A stretch of DNA of 62,072 bases, counting the filler, from Collodictyon triciliatum (taxonomy: Eukaryota): NCBI GenBank assembly GCA_043381765.1. It is 4 parts of 4 records of this genome, joined end to end, with 100 filler letters (N's around TTAATTAATTAA, not from the genome) between each part and the next. Parts side by side here need not be neighbours in the genome. Positions count along the whole stretch, not along the records: positions 1 to 18,493 come from JBHJMP010001002.1; 3 more parts are not named here. One strand, 5' to 3'. The notes under the pieces are model-generated. The model saw nothing but the letters and a program-made list of their open reading frames with translations, made no database searches and was not told the DNA's origin. Made by a program: the position numbers and the translations under genes. Below, piece by piece: positions 1 to 15,051 of this stretch (its first letter is position 1; each line of letters begins with the position of its first letter).

Positions 1-274
1 CATCGGAGGCCAGCCCGCCCAGATCGTCGTCTGCCTCGCTCTCTGGCGCAGAGGGTGAAGCACCCACAACAGCCATCAGGCCCGATGCAAAGAGGCGCGA
101 TTGACGCCGCATTTCTCGCGGTGACTTTGGGCTTGCAATCGGGCTGGCCGAGCCGGGCAAAGAGACCTCCGAGGCTCGCTTCCATTCTCCGACCTGCAGG
201 TTTGGTGGGCGGCTCCAAAGGCCTTCCGGGCTCCTCTGGCTTGAGTGAGCTGTGAGCCGCTCGACCTTGGTCAT
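1..274 (-). CDS. Possible 5' end of an unknown gene running off the window edge (MTKVERLTAHSSQRSPEG...ESEADDDLGGLASD)
   Basis: GC-rich segment. The frame from the ATG at 274 stays open to base 1, but a second minus-strand frame is also open, so frame and start are uncertain. Confidence 0.35.
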   Translation of the reverse strand, partial: MTKVERLTAHSSQRSPEGLWSRPPNLQVGEWKRASEVSLPGSASPIASPKSPREMRRQSRLFASGLMAVVGASPSAPESEADDDLGGLASD

Positions 275-1279
275 GGAGAACTGGGTTTGAAAAGATGAGC
301 GCGTTGACTCCTTCGCGTTCGGTGCGATGCTTTGTGTCTGGAAGGTGTGCTATACGTGTAGCTCGTTCGGATATTCGGTAGCCATTTGCCGGGGTTTGGC
401 GCTGGGTCTTTCCTGCGTTTGACTGGCTGATTCTTTTTCCATTCTTACATGTGGCTGTAGAGTTCAGCTGGGGGTTGCAACTGTAGGAGTTATCTTGATG
501 TGTTAATGTGCGAGCCAAACTGTGAAATATTTTATACATCTTATAAAAAATATGATATTGATATGATATTATGTGATCGTGGGCATATCATTGAGAAATT
601 AATAACCATTTACAAATGCTAATAATATATTCCAGAAATGATTCAACGACATTTAAAATTGGCATATTTCATTGAAAAAAGTTTTCCAAATATGACGGAA
701 TATAATGAATCTCCCGTGAGCTTCGACTGATTCGTGAAGGTTTTTTTGGAAAGGTTCGGAATGATAGCAGAAACTCTCCATAAAAATTATTCCACATTTA
801 CAATTTTCTCTTGAAAAATCTCAATAATTATCCAAATATGAAAATTTTAATTCCCAAACAGGACATTCAGCGAATGTGGAAGAACCAATAAAAGTATTTT
901 CACGGAATCCTCGGCTCTTTGGGGATGATAATGCAGGCAGGACAAACTAAAGCAATGCGACAGACACCACCACCAAGTTTGAAGAATCAATTCATAGACT
1001 AAATTGAACCGAACCATTGTATCCAACGAAATACCCATAAAAGTCGATTCTGCCGCTTCATTCCCTTCGTTTTCCTGTCTCTTTTCGCCTTTGACCGCGC
1101 GCTTCCTGATGGGTTGTTGGACATTGTCCTGAATCCACGGTGAAGAGCGAATGATGGAAGCTTTTGTTTGGAAAGTGCTTGTCTATGTGAGTCTGTTTTG
1201 CGCCAAGAGCATGAGTTATTGTAACCTGCTGGGCCAATATTTTAATTAATTCTTTAATTCTTTAATTCTTTATTCGTTT

Positions 1280-1400
1280 AATTCTTTATTTGTTTATTCG
1301 TTTATTCGTTTATTTGTTTATTTGTTTATTTGTTTATTTGTTTATTTGTTTATTTGTTTATTTGTTTATTTGTTTATTTGTTTATTTGTTTATTTGTTTA
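1280..1400. repeat. (TTTATTTG)n-type microsatellite upstream of the kinase
   Basis: Direct tandem repeat; source of the spurious FICL/FVYL ORF. Confidence 0.9.
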
Positions 1401-1568
1401 TTTCTTACGAGGCAACAGAAATGGAGTTTGTGAAGCCAAAGGCAATTTTCTCGTCTATTTTTTTTTTAAACTTCATTTCCGACTCTTTTAAGTTTCTGCA
1501 TTTCGATCAGTGTTTGTGGGTAAGGAGAAGACCAAGGAGGCAAGAAGCCAAGCGTCCAGGCATTTTTG

Positions 1569-4583
<3,015 letters not shown>

Positions 4584-5080
4584 ACAACTGTCGAATCAGC
4601 GTCAAAAGTTATCATCTCCTGGCATTAATAATTCCTAATATCTATTATCAAACTCATTTTTCTTCTCTTACTCAATTCCTTTTCATTTTTCCAGCTCCAC
4701 TTAATATTGCCATTTTTTTTCTTATTGGTTCCGCTTAAAGCCTTTATATTTTCTTTCGAATATAATACCGCCTTTCCTTGCTTTATGTAAAACAGAACAG
4801 TCTTTCATTTTTGGGGGATTTATGTTTATCTTATTTGCCCGTTACCCTCTCCCTCTCGGTTCCATTTTGAAGTATGGTTTCTCGATAAAATGTATCCAAC
4901 TCACCTCACCACCACCAATAGATGAAGTATATCTATTTTTTTTTCTAGTCACACGATTGCTATTTGCTTTTATCTCAAAAGATAAATTATGATTTGAAAG
5001 CATTTCATTAAAGAAATTATTATAGATACCTCGCAATTAAGTGATGTATTATTCGAAACGAAAGCAAACAAAAATGATAT

Positions 5081-7340
5081 TTATAATTTCGTATCCGTTT
5101 TCTTCGGTCGCCCGCGGCGCTTCTTTTCACTCCGAAGCTCTTCAGACTCTGCTGTTTTTGGCTGAGCCGACAAATGATGGAGCTCCACCGCTCGAGAAAT
5201 AACCTCGCCAGGAAGACCTGATGTGATAAGACGCACACTTTTCAGGACATATACAAGATAATAAGCCTATCAATGAGAGAGTATGTGACGAGCGCAGACC
5301 CGCAAAAGTGGCCGTCTGAATCCCATATGAGCTTTGTGTAATGCCAGGACGAAGTTTGTGGGTGTAAAAAAGTGTTCCCTGTATTTGTTTTGATATTGAT
5401 TCGTATTCGAAAATCGAAGAAACCTTTTTTTTTTTAAAAAAAAAAATTCTAAACACATACATTTTTTCATTGGTTATACCCTTCTTTTCCTTTTCTTTCC
5501 TTACATTTTTTATTTTGCTAAACGATTTGCTTGCTACTTTGGTGAGTACCAAAGGGGAAAGAATAAATCAACGCACCTTATCGATGCATATTCCCATTTC
5601 ATAACACTCCAAATGAGACATCGACCCGCAGATACGACGAGCCATGTCCAGATAATGAGTGGAACAGAGAGAACGGCAGCGCTTTGATATGTGGAGGTAC
5701 TCCAAGATTGCCTGAGAAAGTACTACACCGTCTTCAGTTGATGTTCCTCGTCCGATTTCATCCAGCACAACCTTAATGTTCATTTTTTTAAAAAATAAAT
5801 AAATAAATTAATCGTTATATATACATCTTGGTTTTATTTTCATATTTAGAATTCAAGAAGTATAATCATATGCACTTCATGCAAGCCCAATCCAAAATAA
5901 ACATAGTTCACCATATTGATTGCATTTTGTGTTTGCAGATTTTGAAGTATAAAATAAAACAAATGAAAGAGAAAATTTTCAATACCAGTGATTTGCGTGT
6001 GGACGTGTTGAGAATGGTAGCAGTCTCTGCCATCTCCACGAAGAAAGTGGACCGGTCTCCCGTGATATCATCGGCGGAGCCTAACTGTAAATAAACAGTA
6101 AAAATTATATTTAAAAACGAGAAGAGCAGAGGAGCTAATAATTCAAAAAAATATGGTATTATTGACAAAAGAGTTTTATTTACTCACACGGCAGAATATG
6201 CGGTCAATGACCCCGATGCGCGCTCGGTCTGCCGGTACAAAGCTCCCAATATGACTTAACAAAGCGATGAGGCAATTCTGTCTCAGAAATGTGCTTTTTC
6301 CTCCCATGTTCGGACTATAATTATGATATTGAGGATGTAGCATAAATTCACATCAGCATTTCCTCATCATCCATCTTAAACTCACACAATCTTACCCAAT
6401 CAGCATACTTTATATTCTCCTCTCGATTGAATGTTAAAATGAATAAGGTTTTGGTTGCCCTTCCTTTCCATTTCGCGAAATATATGATATTTACAAACCC
6501 AGTGATGAGCCATATTTTCCCATCAGATATTTTGCAGTCATTAGGAACAAATGATATGGGTACCATCTAGAATATCATCCGATTTTTTTGAGTTCCTCTA
6601 ATGTTCCGTGCCAGACATGCCATATCAAAAATTAACTTGAAAAAGAGAAGCCCGACAAATACAGGACAAAAGAAGAATGAAAGCAGGTGTTATGAAACCT
6701 TTTTCATCATTGTGTCTTCAACCACTATGTGTCTTCCCTTCTCAACATCAAAATCTAATCTAATAGAGTAATATTTTTTTCCTTTATTCGATTCAAAGTA
6801 ATCTAATAGAGTAATATTAATTTTTTTCATCATTAATATGTTCTCTTTTTTTTTTTTTTGTTTCTGCTTACTTGTCTGTAATTTCGGGACAAACTAAACC
6901 ATGTTCCATCGCCACAACAGCAAACGATGTTCTAATAAAGCAGGATGGTTTTATGAGGAAAATAAATGGAAAGTTGAAAAGATAACACGATGAAAACGTA
7001 ATTATTTACAGGACGTCAATAGTGGCCAGGGCTTCGGCAATTTTAATCAGCACCGGACGGAAATAGGAAATTCTTTGGCACAATTTTGATACAATGTCCT
7101 TCTCAAGTGTACTCGCAAGCTCTTGAATACGACCAAACTTCATGTACGTATCTTGAAGCTCCTATGTGCGCAGATGTGCAATTTTATATGGAATATTTTG
7201 ACCAATTTGTGAATTATTTTAAAATTTTAAAACGTTACTATACTGCCTCATTGATAAATATATAATAACACTTTACTGGGTGCGTAAGTCTAATGCTGCC
7301 CTTAAGTGCCTTTGTGGAATGGATACAAACATTTCAGAAA
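5081..7340 (-). CDS. MutS-family ATPase, bacterial MutS1/MSH1-like (3' half; 5' part lost in the gap at 7427-8014)
   Basis: Spliced exons give ..[19 protein letters not shown]..|[74 protein letters not shown]..|[21 protein letters not shown]..|[44 protein letters not shown]. These are the MutS domain V motifs (Walker A, STF, DEIGRGT, THY, HTH). Confidence 0.93.
6756..6818 (-). mobile_element. Micro retro-insertion family A: 23-nt insert (6776-6798) with 20-bp target-site duplication
   Basis: TAATCTAATAGAGTAATATT occurs at 6756-6775 and 6799-6818, flanking TTTTTCCTTTATTCGATTCAAAG. The minus strand reads CTTTGAATCGAATAAAGGAAAAA. The same core recurs at 50909-50932. Confidence 0.8.
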
Positions 7341-8014
7341 ATTAAGTAACTAATAATTATTAAGAGAAAAGGATTTTCTCTTTCTTTTATTTTTTATTTT
7401 TTAAAAAAAATCAACTAAATTGGCAGNNNNNNNNNNNNNNNNNNNNNNNNNNNNNNNNNNNNNNNNNNNNNNNNNNNNNNNNNNNNNNNNNNNNNNNNNN
7501 NNNNNNNNNNNNNNNNNNNNNNNNNNNNNNNNNNNNNNNNNNNNNNNNNNNNNNNNNNNNNNNNNNNNNNNNNNNNNNNNNNNNNNNNNNNNNNNNNNNN
7601 NNNNNNNNNNNNNNNNNNNNNNNNNNNNNNNNNNNNNNNNNNNNNNNNNNNNNNNNNNNNNNNNNNNNNNNNNNNNNNNNNNNNNNNNNNNNNNNNNNNN
7701 NNNNNNNNNNNNNNNNNNNNNNNNNNNNNNNNNNNNNNNNNNNNNNNNNNNNNNNNNNNNNNNNNNNNNNNNNNNNNNNNNNNNNNNNNNNNNNNNNNNN
7801 NNNNNNNNNNNNNNNNNNNNNNNNNNNNNNNNNNNNNNNNNNNNNNNNNNNNNNNNNNNNNNNNNNNNNNNNNNNNNNNNNNNNNNNNNNNNNNNNNNNN
7901 NNNNNNNNNNNNNNNNNNNNNNNNNNNNNNNNNNNNNNNNNNNNNNNNNNNNNNNNNNNNNNNNNNNNNNNNNNNNNNNNNNNNNNNNNNNNNNNNNNNN
8001 NNNNNNNNNNNNNN

Positions 8015-10805
8015 CCAAGGAAAGAGATATGGTGAGGAGTCAAACCCCGGAGCAGAATAGTCCGGTTGTACCTGAAGCCAGTAGAGGTATTCAAAATAGG
8101 GGTGTTTCACCGCCAGAGCCAAAATCTGTCGAGCCCCAGAAAACTACAGAGTCCGCGCCAAGTACAATCACACAAGATCAACCGGCGGTTATAACCACCG
8201 AGCAGAAGGGCAAAGAAATGCTGGTGGAGGAAACTATGGAACTTTTACAACCACAGAAAGATGTGGAAGGCGTAGTTGAACAGCGCGTGGAGGAGAGACT
8301 GGGTATCATTTCTCTTCTATTTATCCTCTGTTTCTTCTCTGTTTCTTCTCTGTTTCTTCTCTGTTTCTTCTTCTGTTTCTTCTTCTGTTTCTTCTTCTGT
8401 TTCTTCTTCTGTTTATTCTTCTGTTTATTCTTCTGTTTCTTCTTCTGTTTCTTCTTCTGTTTCTTCTTCTGTTTCTTCTTCTGTTTATTCTTCTGTTTAT
8501 TCTTCTGTTTATTCTTCTGTTTATTCTTTGTTTCTTCTCTGTTTCTCTGCAGTAGGATGTTCATATATCATCTTGTATATCAAGAGACACTCTGTAGTAC
8601 GTTCTGATCCAATTATTTGACGCAATTAATGCACGTTCAGGTGCTATGGCATTTGTCTCAGCAGAAACAAGACCTATGCGAGAAAGTGAAAACGAGGCCG
8701 GAATCGAGGAGCTGGTGACAGAAGGGGTTCGTAGGCAAAAGACCAGCGGGATGAACAGATACAGCTCCGTTGCCAATATACCCATGCTTGTGTTTGGGAC
8801 CGAAGACATTACAGATCGAGAGAGAGACGTTATTACGCGATTGAGTCGTGCAAGACAAGAGCACCTCATGGTAACAGGTCAGCTGAATGAGAATGCACAT
8901 ATTACTGTGATCCTGGAGCGAACCAGAAAGGCGCTAAACAAAGACTTAAAGCTCGCACAAGGAGATGAGCCAAATATTGATCAGATGACTCTAGAAAGCC
9001 TCACTGAACTGGAGGACGGTTTGAGTGGAGCTCTGAAGCGCCTAGAGCAGTTTAAGATGAAGACTAGCGAGTTGTTTGAACATACACAACAAGCTCTTAC
9101 TAGGGCCTCTTTATTTCAGGATGAAGTCACTAACAGTGTTTGCAAGATTGAAGAGCATCACACCACTGTGAATGCAAAGGATGATGAACTGAAGAAGGAT
9201 ATTGAGAAGTGCCATATCAAGAAGGAAACTCTTACTAAAGAATTAGATCGAGACGAAGCAGGTGTTACATTAGCTCGAATTAAACGAGTTGATAGAGATT
9301 TATCCAAGGCTTCCGAGCTGTCTTTAGCTTTTGAGAACCTTCGTAAGTTAATTGAGGATGGATTGCGTGAAATTAAGAATAGGATTCAGTCGGACGTGCA
9401 AGAAAACATCGAAAGGGCGTCTGCATTCAAAGAGTGGTCCAAAGAAAGCGATTTATGGTATACAGATATTCACAGATCCCTTGTTTCAATCAAATCTAAG
9501 GTCACAGAGACAAAAAAATCGAAGACTGAGTCAACCCTGATCGAGAAAAGGGGTACAAAGTCTGTCAATGAGGAACCTGAATCAGGGTATCCGCCTGGCT
9601 CTGATAATGATGTGCCGCCATTCGTTGGTAACCCACATCAGGGATCGGCTGAAAGCAAGGCATGTGCTCCTGAAGACGTCGTTGGAGAAATCTCTCTCCC
9701 CCTTAATGAGTCACCGACAGTCTCCCACGTTGAATTAGAACATAAAACAGGTAGTAGTGACAAAATTACGAAATCTAATCAAGATTCTGAGGAAATATTG
9801 CACAACACTGAGCTTGTCGAGCCTTTGGAGAGTGCGACATATAACTTGCCCGAGATTAAGTCAGAGGTTCAGTCAACTGCACTAATGCCCCTAAAGATAC
9901 CCACCATGCCTATGTTTGTTGTTGCATCCGAGGAGGAAACTTCTAAGGAGAGAGTAGCTGCCCAACAGACGATGAAACTATTATCTGAACTGGATGGATA
10001 CAGGACATCAGATGATACTTGCATGAGAACCATTAACCTGTCAACTCGCTGTCGCAGGGCATTGGAAAGTGACATCAATGATTTGAAATCTGCCTTGGCG
10101 CCTTTGGAGCGAGACCCACCAGGTGAAGTTTCGGACATTCACATCATCAAGTCCATCATTCGGTCTGCGGACAAGAAGTTCATCAGCTTCCGTAAAATGG
10201 TAGAGACTGCCAAGAGAGACGTGATGCAAGGGATTCGAGGGAAGCAAGAGCTAACTGAACGTGCCGCCGAACTTCGAGTACTTTTGAGCGAAGAACTGGA
10301 GCAGGTAAAGCAGGAGTTGGCTTCTGAGACAGATAAGCTTCAGGAGAAACAGAAGCTGCATGAGACCTTGAAATCACAAATTGACACTGAGGGCGAGAGC
10401 CATGCTTCCGCATTGGCGCAGTCTGAGCTGGGGCTAAGAGAGGTCGAAGACCACGTGTTGGCCCAACAGAACAGAGTGGAGTTTCTCAAAGGTCGCTTGC
10501 ATGAGATTGACAATCGCCTTACCCCTCAGCTCGCTCAATCTAGGAACAAGGACGATGAGATGAATCCGGTACTGGATGAATTCCGTGCTTCGTTTGAAGG
10601 GTATCTGTCTGTCTTACGCGAGTTGAAGGACAAAATACGTACATTGCCAGCGACTGAGGATATCAAGCAGGAGACAGATTTTGATAAGGAATTTATGGCT
10701 GCTGTGGGTGGATTTATCAAGGATGAGGAAGACGGAGTGGAGCCCGCAGCAACTAAAGCTAATGGGGAGGGTGGGTTGACTATAGGCCCGGCTGTGAAGG
10801 ATTGA
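8015..10805 (+). CDS. Uncharacterised alpha-helical/coiled-coil protein with two ~245-aa repeated domains (5' end in the gap)
   Basis: Exon 8015-8302, in-phase GT-AG intron 8303-8640 filled with (TTCTTCTGT)n, then a 2.1-kb open exon to TGA at 10805. E/K/L-rich heptad composition. Confidence 0.8.
8325..8545. repeat. Degenerate (TTCTTCTGT/TTCTTCTGTTTA)n intronic repeat
   Basis: Direct tandem repeat inside intron 8303-8640. Confidence 0.9.
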
Positions 10806-11289
10806 AACAGCACGGGATAAGTGAGGCTGTGTCGTGGTGAGTTGATGTATTGGCGTTATTCTTAGCTTTGATAGTCTGTTCGTCGTATCTCTTTGAAAGT
10901 CTTTACTTTTAAGATGAAAACAAAGTGTGGTAGCGTGGAAGAAAAAGAGAGAGAGAAAGACAAACCCATGTAGACAAACGTGCCTTCTCCTCCATGTCCT
11001 CTCTTGTCCAGTCTGAACCAATTGATAATCATTTATCACCCAATCTTTCGACCATACATATAAAACCTTGACGTCAATACCCCGTGCCCTTGCTGTCTGT
11101 ATGGATGAAACTGGAGACAGCTACTATCTTATTTACATGGAGCAGAGTCCCCTCCTAGAAACGATCACAAGGGCTGCAGCACAAAGAGGCTCGAGGGATC
11201 CAGTAGGAGGAGGCAACTTTGCAGTTGTTTTTCAAAGTGTGATTTGTAGGGAATCGCAAGGCGCAGGCTGGCAGGTGTAAAGCAGGAAG

Positions 11290-13598
11290 ATGGTTTCGGG
11301 AAAGGCCTCGTCTCCTAATGACATCGGCTGGAAGGAGCTGGACAAGCAAAAGTTTTTTGCCTTTGGTTTGTACCTCGTAAGAGGACTGCTATTCTTATTC
11401 TTATTTTTCTTTTCTTTTCTTTTCTTTTCTTTTCTTTTCTTTTCTTTTCTTTTCTTTTCTTTTCTTTTCTTTTCTTTTCTTTTCTTTTCTTTTCTTTTCT
11501 TTTCTTTTCTTTCCTGAATAGATGAAATCTAGCATATGCTTCAAAGGGTAGTCATTTAAAAAAAAAGGTATCTGCTTTAAGACTACAAAAATCCCTTAGG
11601 AACCATGGTGTTTTTTGGCGTGAGGACGGCTCTCTACCCCACTGTGGTTGTTAAAACCAGGCTTCAAGTCGCTCGAACGGAGGCTCAAATGAAGGTTGGC
11701 CAATATCATTCTTTAACTTTCAAAACAACATCTTCCTGAATATTTATGTGGTGTTACAACTTTTATGCATATAGCGGATTTCCTTACACTATTTCCTATT
11801 AAATATATTTATCACTATCGCAACTATTTCTACATACCACAGCCCGGCTCTAGAGTCACCTTCCGCATGGTGGATTTTTTCAAATCCATTTACAGAAATG
11901 AAGGGTTTCGCGGGTTTTATAAGGTTGTTAACCTTAAAATTACAGCTTCGTCTGAAACTACTAAAGGGATAAACTTCCTCCAAAGACTATAGACAACCTA
12001 ACCCCAGTCACTATTACTACCCACATCTTAATTTCGAAAATAAAGGGATTTGGGACGATTGCCTTCGGCATCATACCAGCACAAATTGTGTATCTTTCGG
12101 GCTATGAAGTAACGAAAGAGAAAGTTGGACTTGCTTTGAACGGGACCTTCCATCCTTCTGTCGTTGGTATGTCAAGTTTTTGCAAACCCCCAAGAAAAGA
12201 AAAACTGCTGCTTATATCCCTTTGTTCTTCGAGAGCAGAAAAAATTATTGGTTATTATTTCTTTTTTTTTGGGTTGCGTACTGTGATGATAGTATTTCGA
12301 GGATGCTAAACAGGTACTTTTCTGAATATGTAGATGCCATCAGAAATTTTATTGCCGGCGGAGTGGCTTCGATGGCCTCGCAAGTTGTGTCTGTTCCAAT
12401 TGATGTGATTGCTAGTCGACTTATGGTGCAGTCGCCAACAACAGATACTGCGGTCGCCTATAATTACAGAGGAGGAATGGGTGAGTTGAGTTGTTTTTCA
12501 TTCGTTCCAAAACGATGAATGGAGAAAAAAAGAATCATGCCCTGGGGATACCGCACGAAAAGTAGCACGATGACTTTTGAAGAATATATAGCTTAGGGTC
12601 TCTCAATTTTATTAATGGTTGTTTTTTTTTTCTCTATTCATTCTCCATTTTTCAGATGCATTTTCGAAGATCATCCGTCAAGATGGGGTTAAGGGGCTTT
12701 TTCGAGGATATTGGGCATCAGCTGCAACTTATATTCCATCCTCTGCCGTCTGGTGGGCAACATATGATAGCAGTAGGAAAGTATGGGGGTCCGTTTTGGT
12801 ATGAGATGAAATATGGTTGAAGTTGTTTTGATGATAGTGCCATTCCGTTCACCATCTGGAAATTGCTTTTTATCTATATTTCGTTTCACTTCTATGTAAT
12901 GCAACCGTGCCATTGTAATCGCTTTGATTAGCATACTACCATAAAACAATAATAATTCAAAATGTAATCAAATCCTCAATTCAGGAAAAAATCAATCCCG
13001 AGTGGGAGCTACTGCCACAACTTCTTTCAGGAGCTACAGCCGGCATCACAGCCGCTACTGGTAAGTTACATATCATTCCTCGCATTTTTGAGCTATATAA
13101 TCAAAAAAATTTAAAAGTCACATATATTTATGGGTACTTTTGCTGTCTTTACTATCTTTTTATGATAATAATTCTAATGAATATGAAAATGTGGAATGTG
13201 CGACTGAAGGTTTATTTTATGTAGCCACCACTCCGCTTGATGTTGCCAAAACAAGATTGCAGGTTATGACCCAAAGCTACTTGAATACATCAGTCCATGG
13301 CGTGGATGGGTCCCAGCATAGTAGAATTGGGATGTATGGAACATTAAAGGCACTCGTTCGTGAAGAGGGATATCGCGCCTTATATCGTGGATTATCAGCC
13401 CGGTGTTTATCAATGGTTCCTATGTCAATGACTATGGTATGGTTTGAATTTGTCCAGGGTTTCCTTTATTGTTGTCGTCGTTCTACTTTGTTCCTTTCAC
13501 AATTGGGATTGAGCAAGAAAGGAACTGATGGGAAGAGAATGCATGAATGTGTTTGCTCGAGTGGGCCACCGACACGCCAGACATAGCTTTTGTGTCCC

Positions 13599-13696
<98 letters not shown>

Positions 13697-13864
13697 GAAG
13701 GAATATGTAAAGTGGTGAAGAGAGGGATACATGTAAGGGATAAAATATGTCGAGATAAAAAAAAAGAACGCTTTACTTATTTAAAAAAAATATTAATTTT
13801 CCAGGTTGTTTCCTACGAGTTCGTCAAGCAACAAAGTGCAACAAACTTGTCCAAAAATGAGTAA
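11290..13864 (+). CDS. SLC25A44: Mitochondrial carrier protein, SLC25A44-like, ~9 exons
   Basis: Three carrier signatures: YPTVVVKTRLQV, VPIDVIASRLMV and TPLDVAKTRLQV. Also EGFRGFYKG, DGVKGLFRGY and EGYRALYRG. The N-terminal DIGWKELDKQKFF and PSSAVWWATY are typical of the SLC25A44 subfamily. Confidence 0.88.
11405..11512. repeat. (TTTTC)n intronic microsatellite
   Basis: Perfect tandem repeat in the first carrier intron. Confidence 0.95.
13601..13693. repeat. (TTA)n intronic microsatellite
   Basis: Perfect tandem repeat in the last carrier intron. Confidence 0.95.
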
Positions 13865-14284
13865 CATGAAGTTGTGGTTGTCCATCTTCAGATTTCGCCC
13901 TTTCTGTCTTCCAATTTTTTTATCGACATAACCTACCACAAAAAAAGAAAAAATGGGCATTACGAGGGAACACGAGTATCTCTTAAGCCTTTTCTTTATT
14001 TGGAAGACGATATGATCTAATTTAATATGACCATTATACCCATATTATCGTGTTTTGAGAATATTTTTTATCCACCATCCTTTTGCAATACCCTTTTTCT
14101 TTCTTTCTTTTTTTATGATTCAGAAAAATATATACCTGTCTGCGGGTGGCACGCCTTATGATTTGACATAAAGTTTTAAAAAAAAATCCCCTTCTGCTCA
14201 CCCTCTCAGTGCATTTTTCTATGTTTCGTGGTTGGTTGTTTATTACTCTCGAATATATGGGGAACCAGATAGCTTTTTCTTATC

Positions 14285-14370
14285 TTTTTTCCTTCTTTTT
14301 TCCTTCTTTTTCCTTCTTTTTCCTTCTTTTTCCTTCTTTTTCCTTCTTTTTCCTTCTTTTTCCTTCTTTT
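14285..14370. repeat. (TTTTTCCTTC)n intergenic repeat
   Basis: 10-bp tandem unit. Confidence 0.9.
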
Positions 14371-15051
14371 TTCTTATTACTTCAGACCAATCTTCACATC
14401 CGATTATGCCCTTCTCATATTCTTGAACATCCCATAATTGGAATATTGGAAGGGTTGCCAAGTACGGCATTGCCCCAGCTATGTTTTTTTTCTTTTCTGG
14501 CATGACGCAACCGAACCAGCCCCGAAAGGAAAAAAAAAAGGAAAGGGTTTGGATAACAATGGGGTTCTATCGTTTGTGAGCAGAACATATTACGTACAAA
14601 ATAATCTTGAAGCAAATCCATAAAAGTTACGCTCCATTATATTAACCTAGATATCTCACTCGTATCCCTCATTCCCTCTATACTTTAGTGACCCATTTGG
14701 CTTCCTCCTTTTCTCAGCAACCTGCTACATACAAGCAATTTAGCCCAGACAGAGAGACTTATCATGATGCAATCTATGCACCTTCATTTGTGAGTTTATA
14801 TGCCCAATACAAGGCCACACAGACAAGAAACAACCCCTAAGTAATTGGGTTCCCATTTGTCGCACAGGGCGCATGTACACGAAAGAGAGGGACAGAAAGA
14901 AAGAATGAAAGCCTGCCTCCTTTTCTTCATCTTTTGTCTCATCCAAACAAAATGGAGAGCGAGTAGGTATTATAAAGTGTGAGTATATATAGAAAGGAAA
15001 GCAGTAAAACGGTTGCAAGCGACGCGGAGCCGCAGATGAGAGAGGGGCGCG

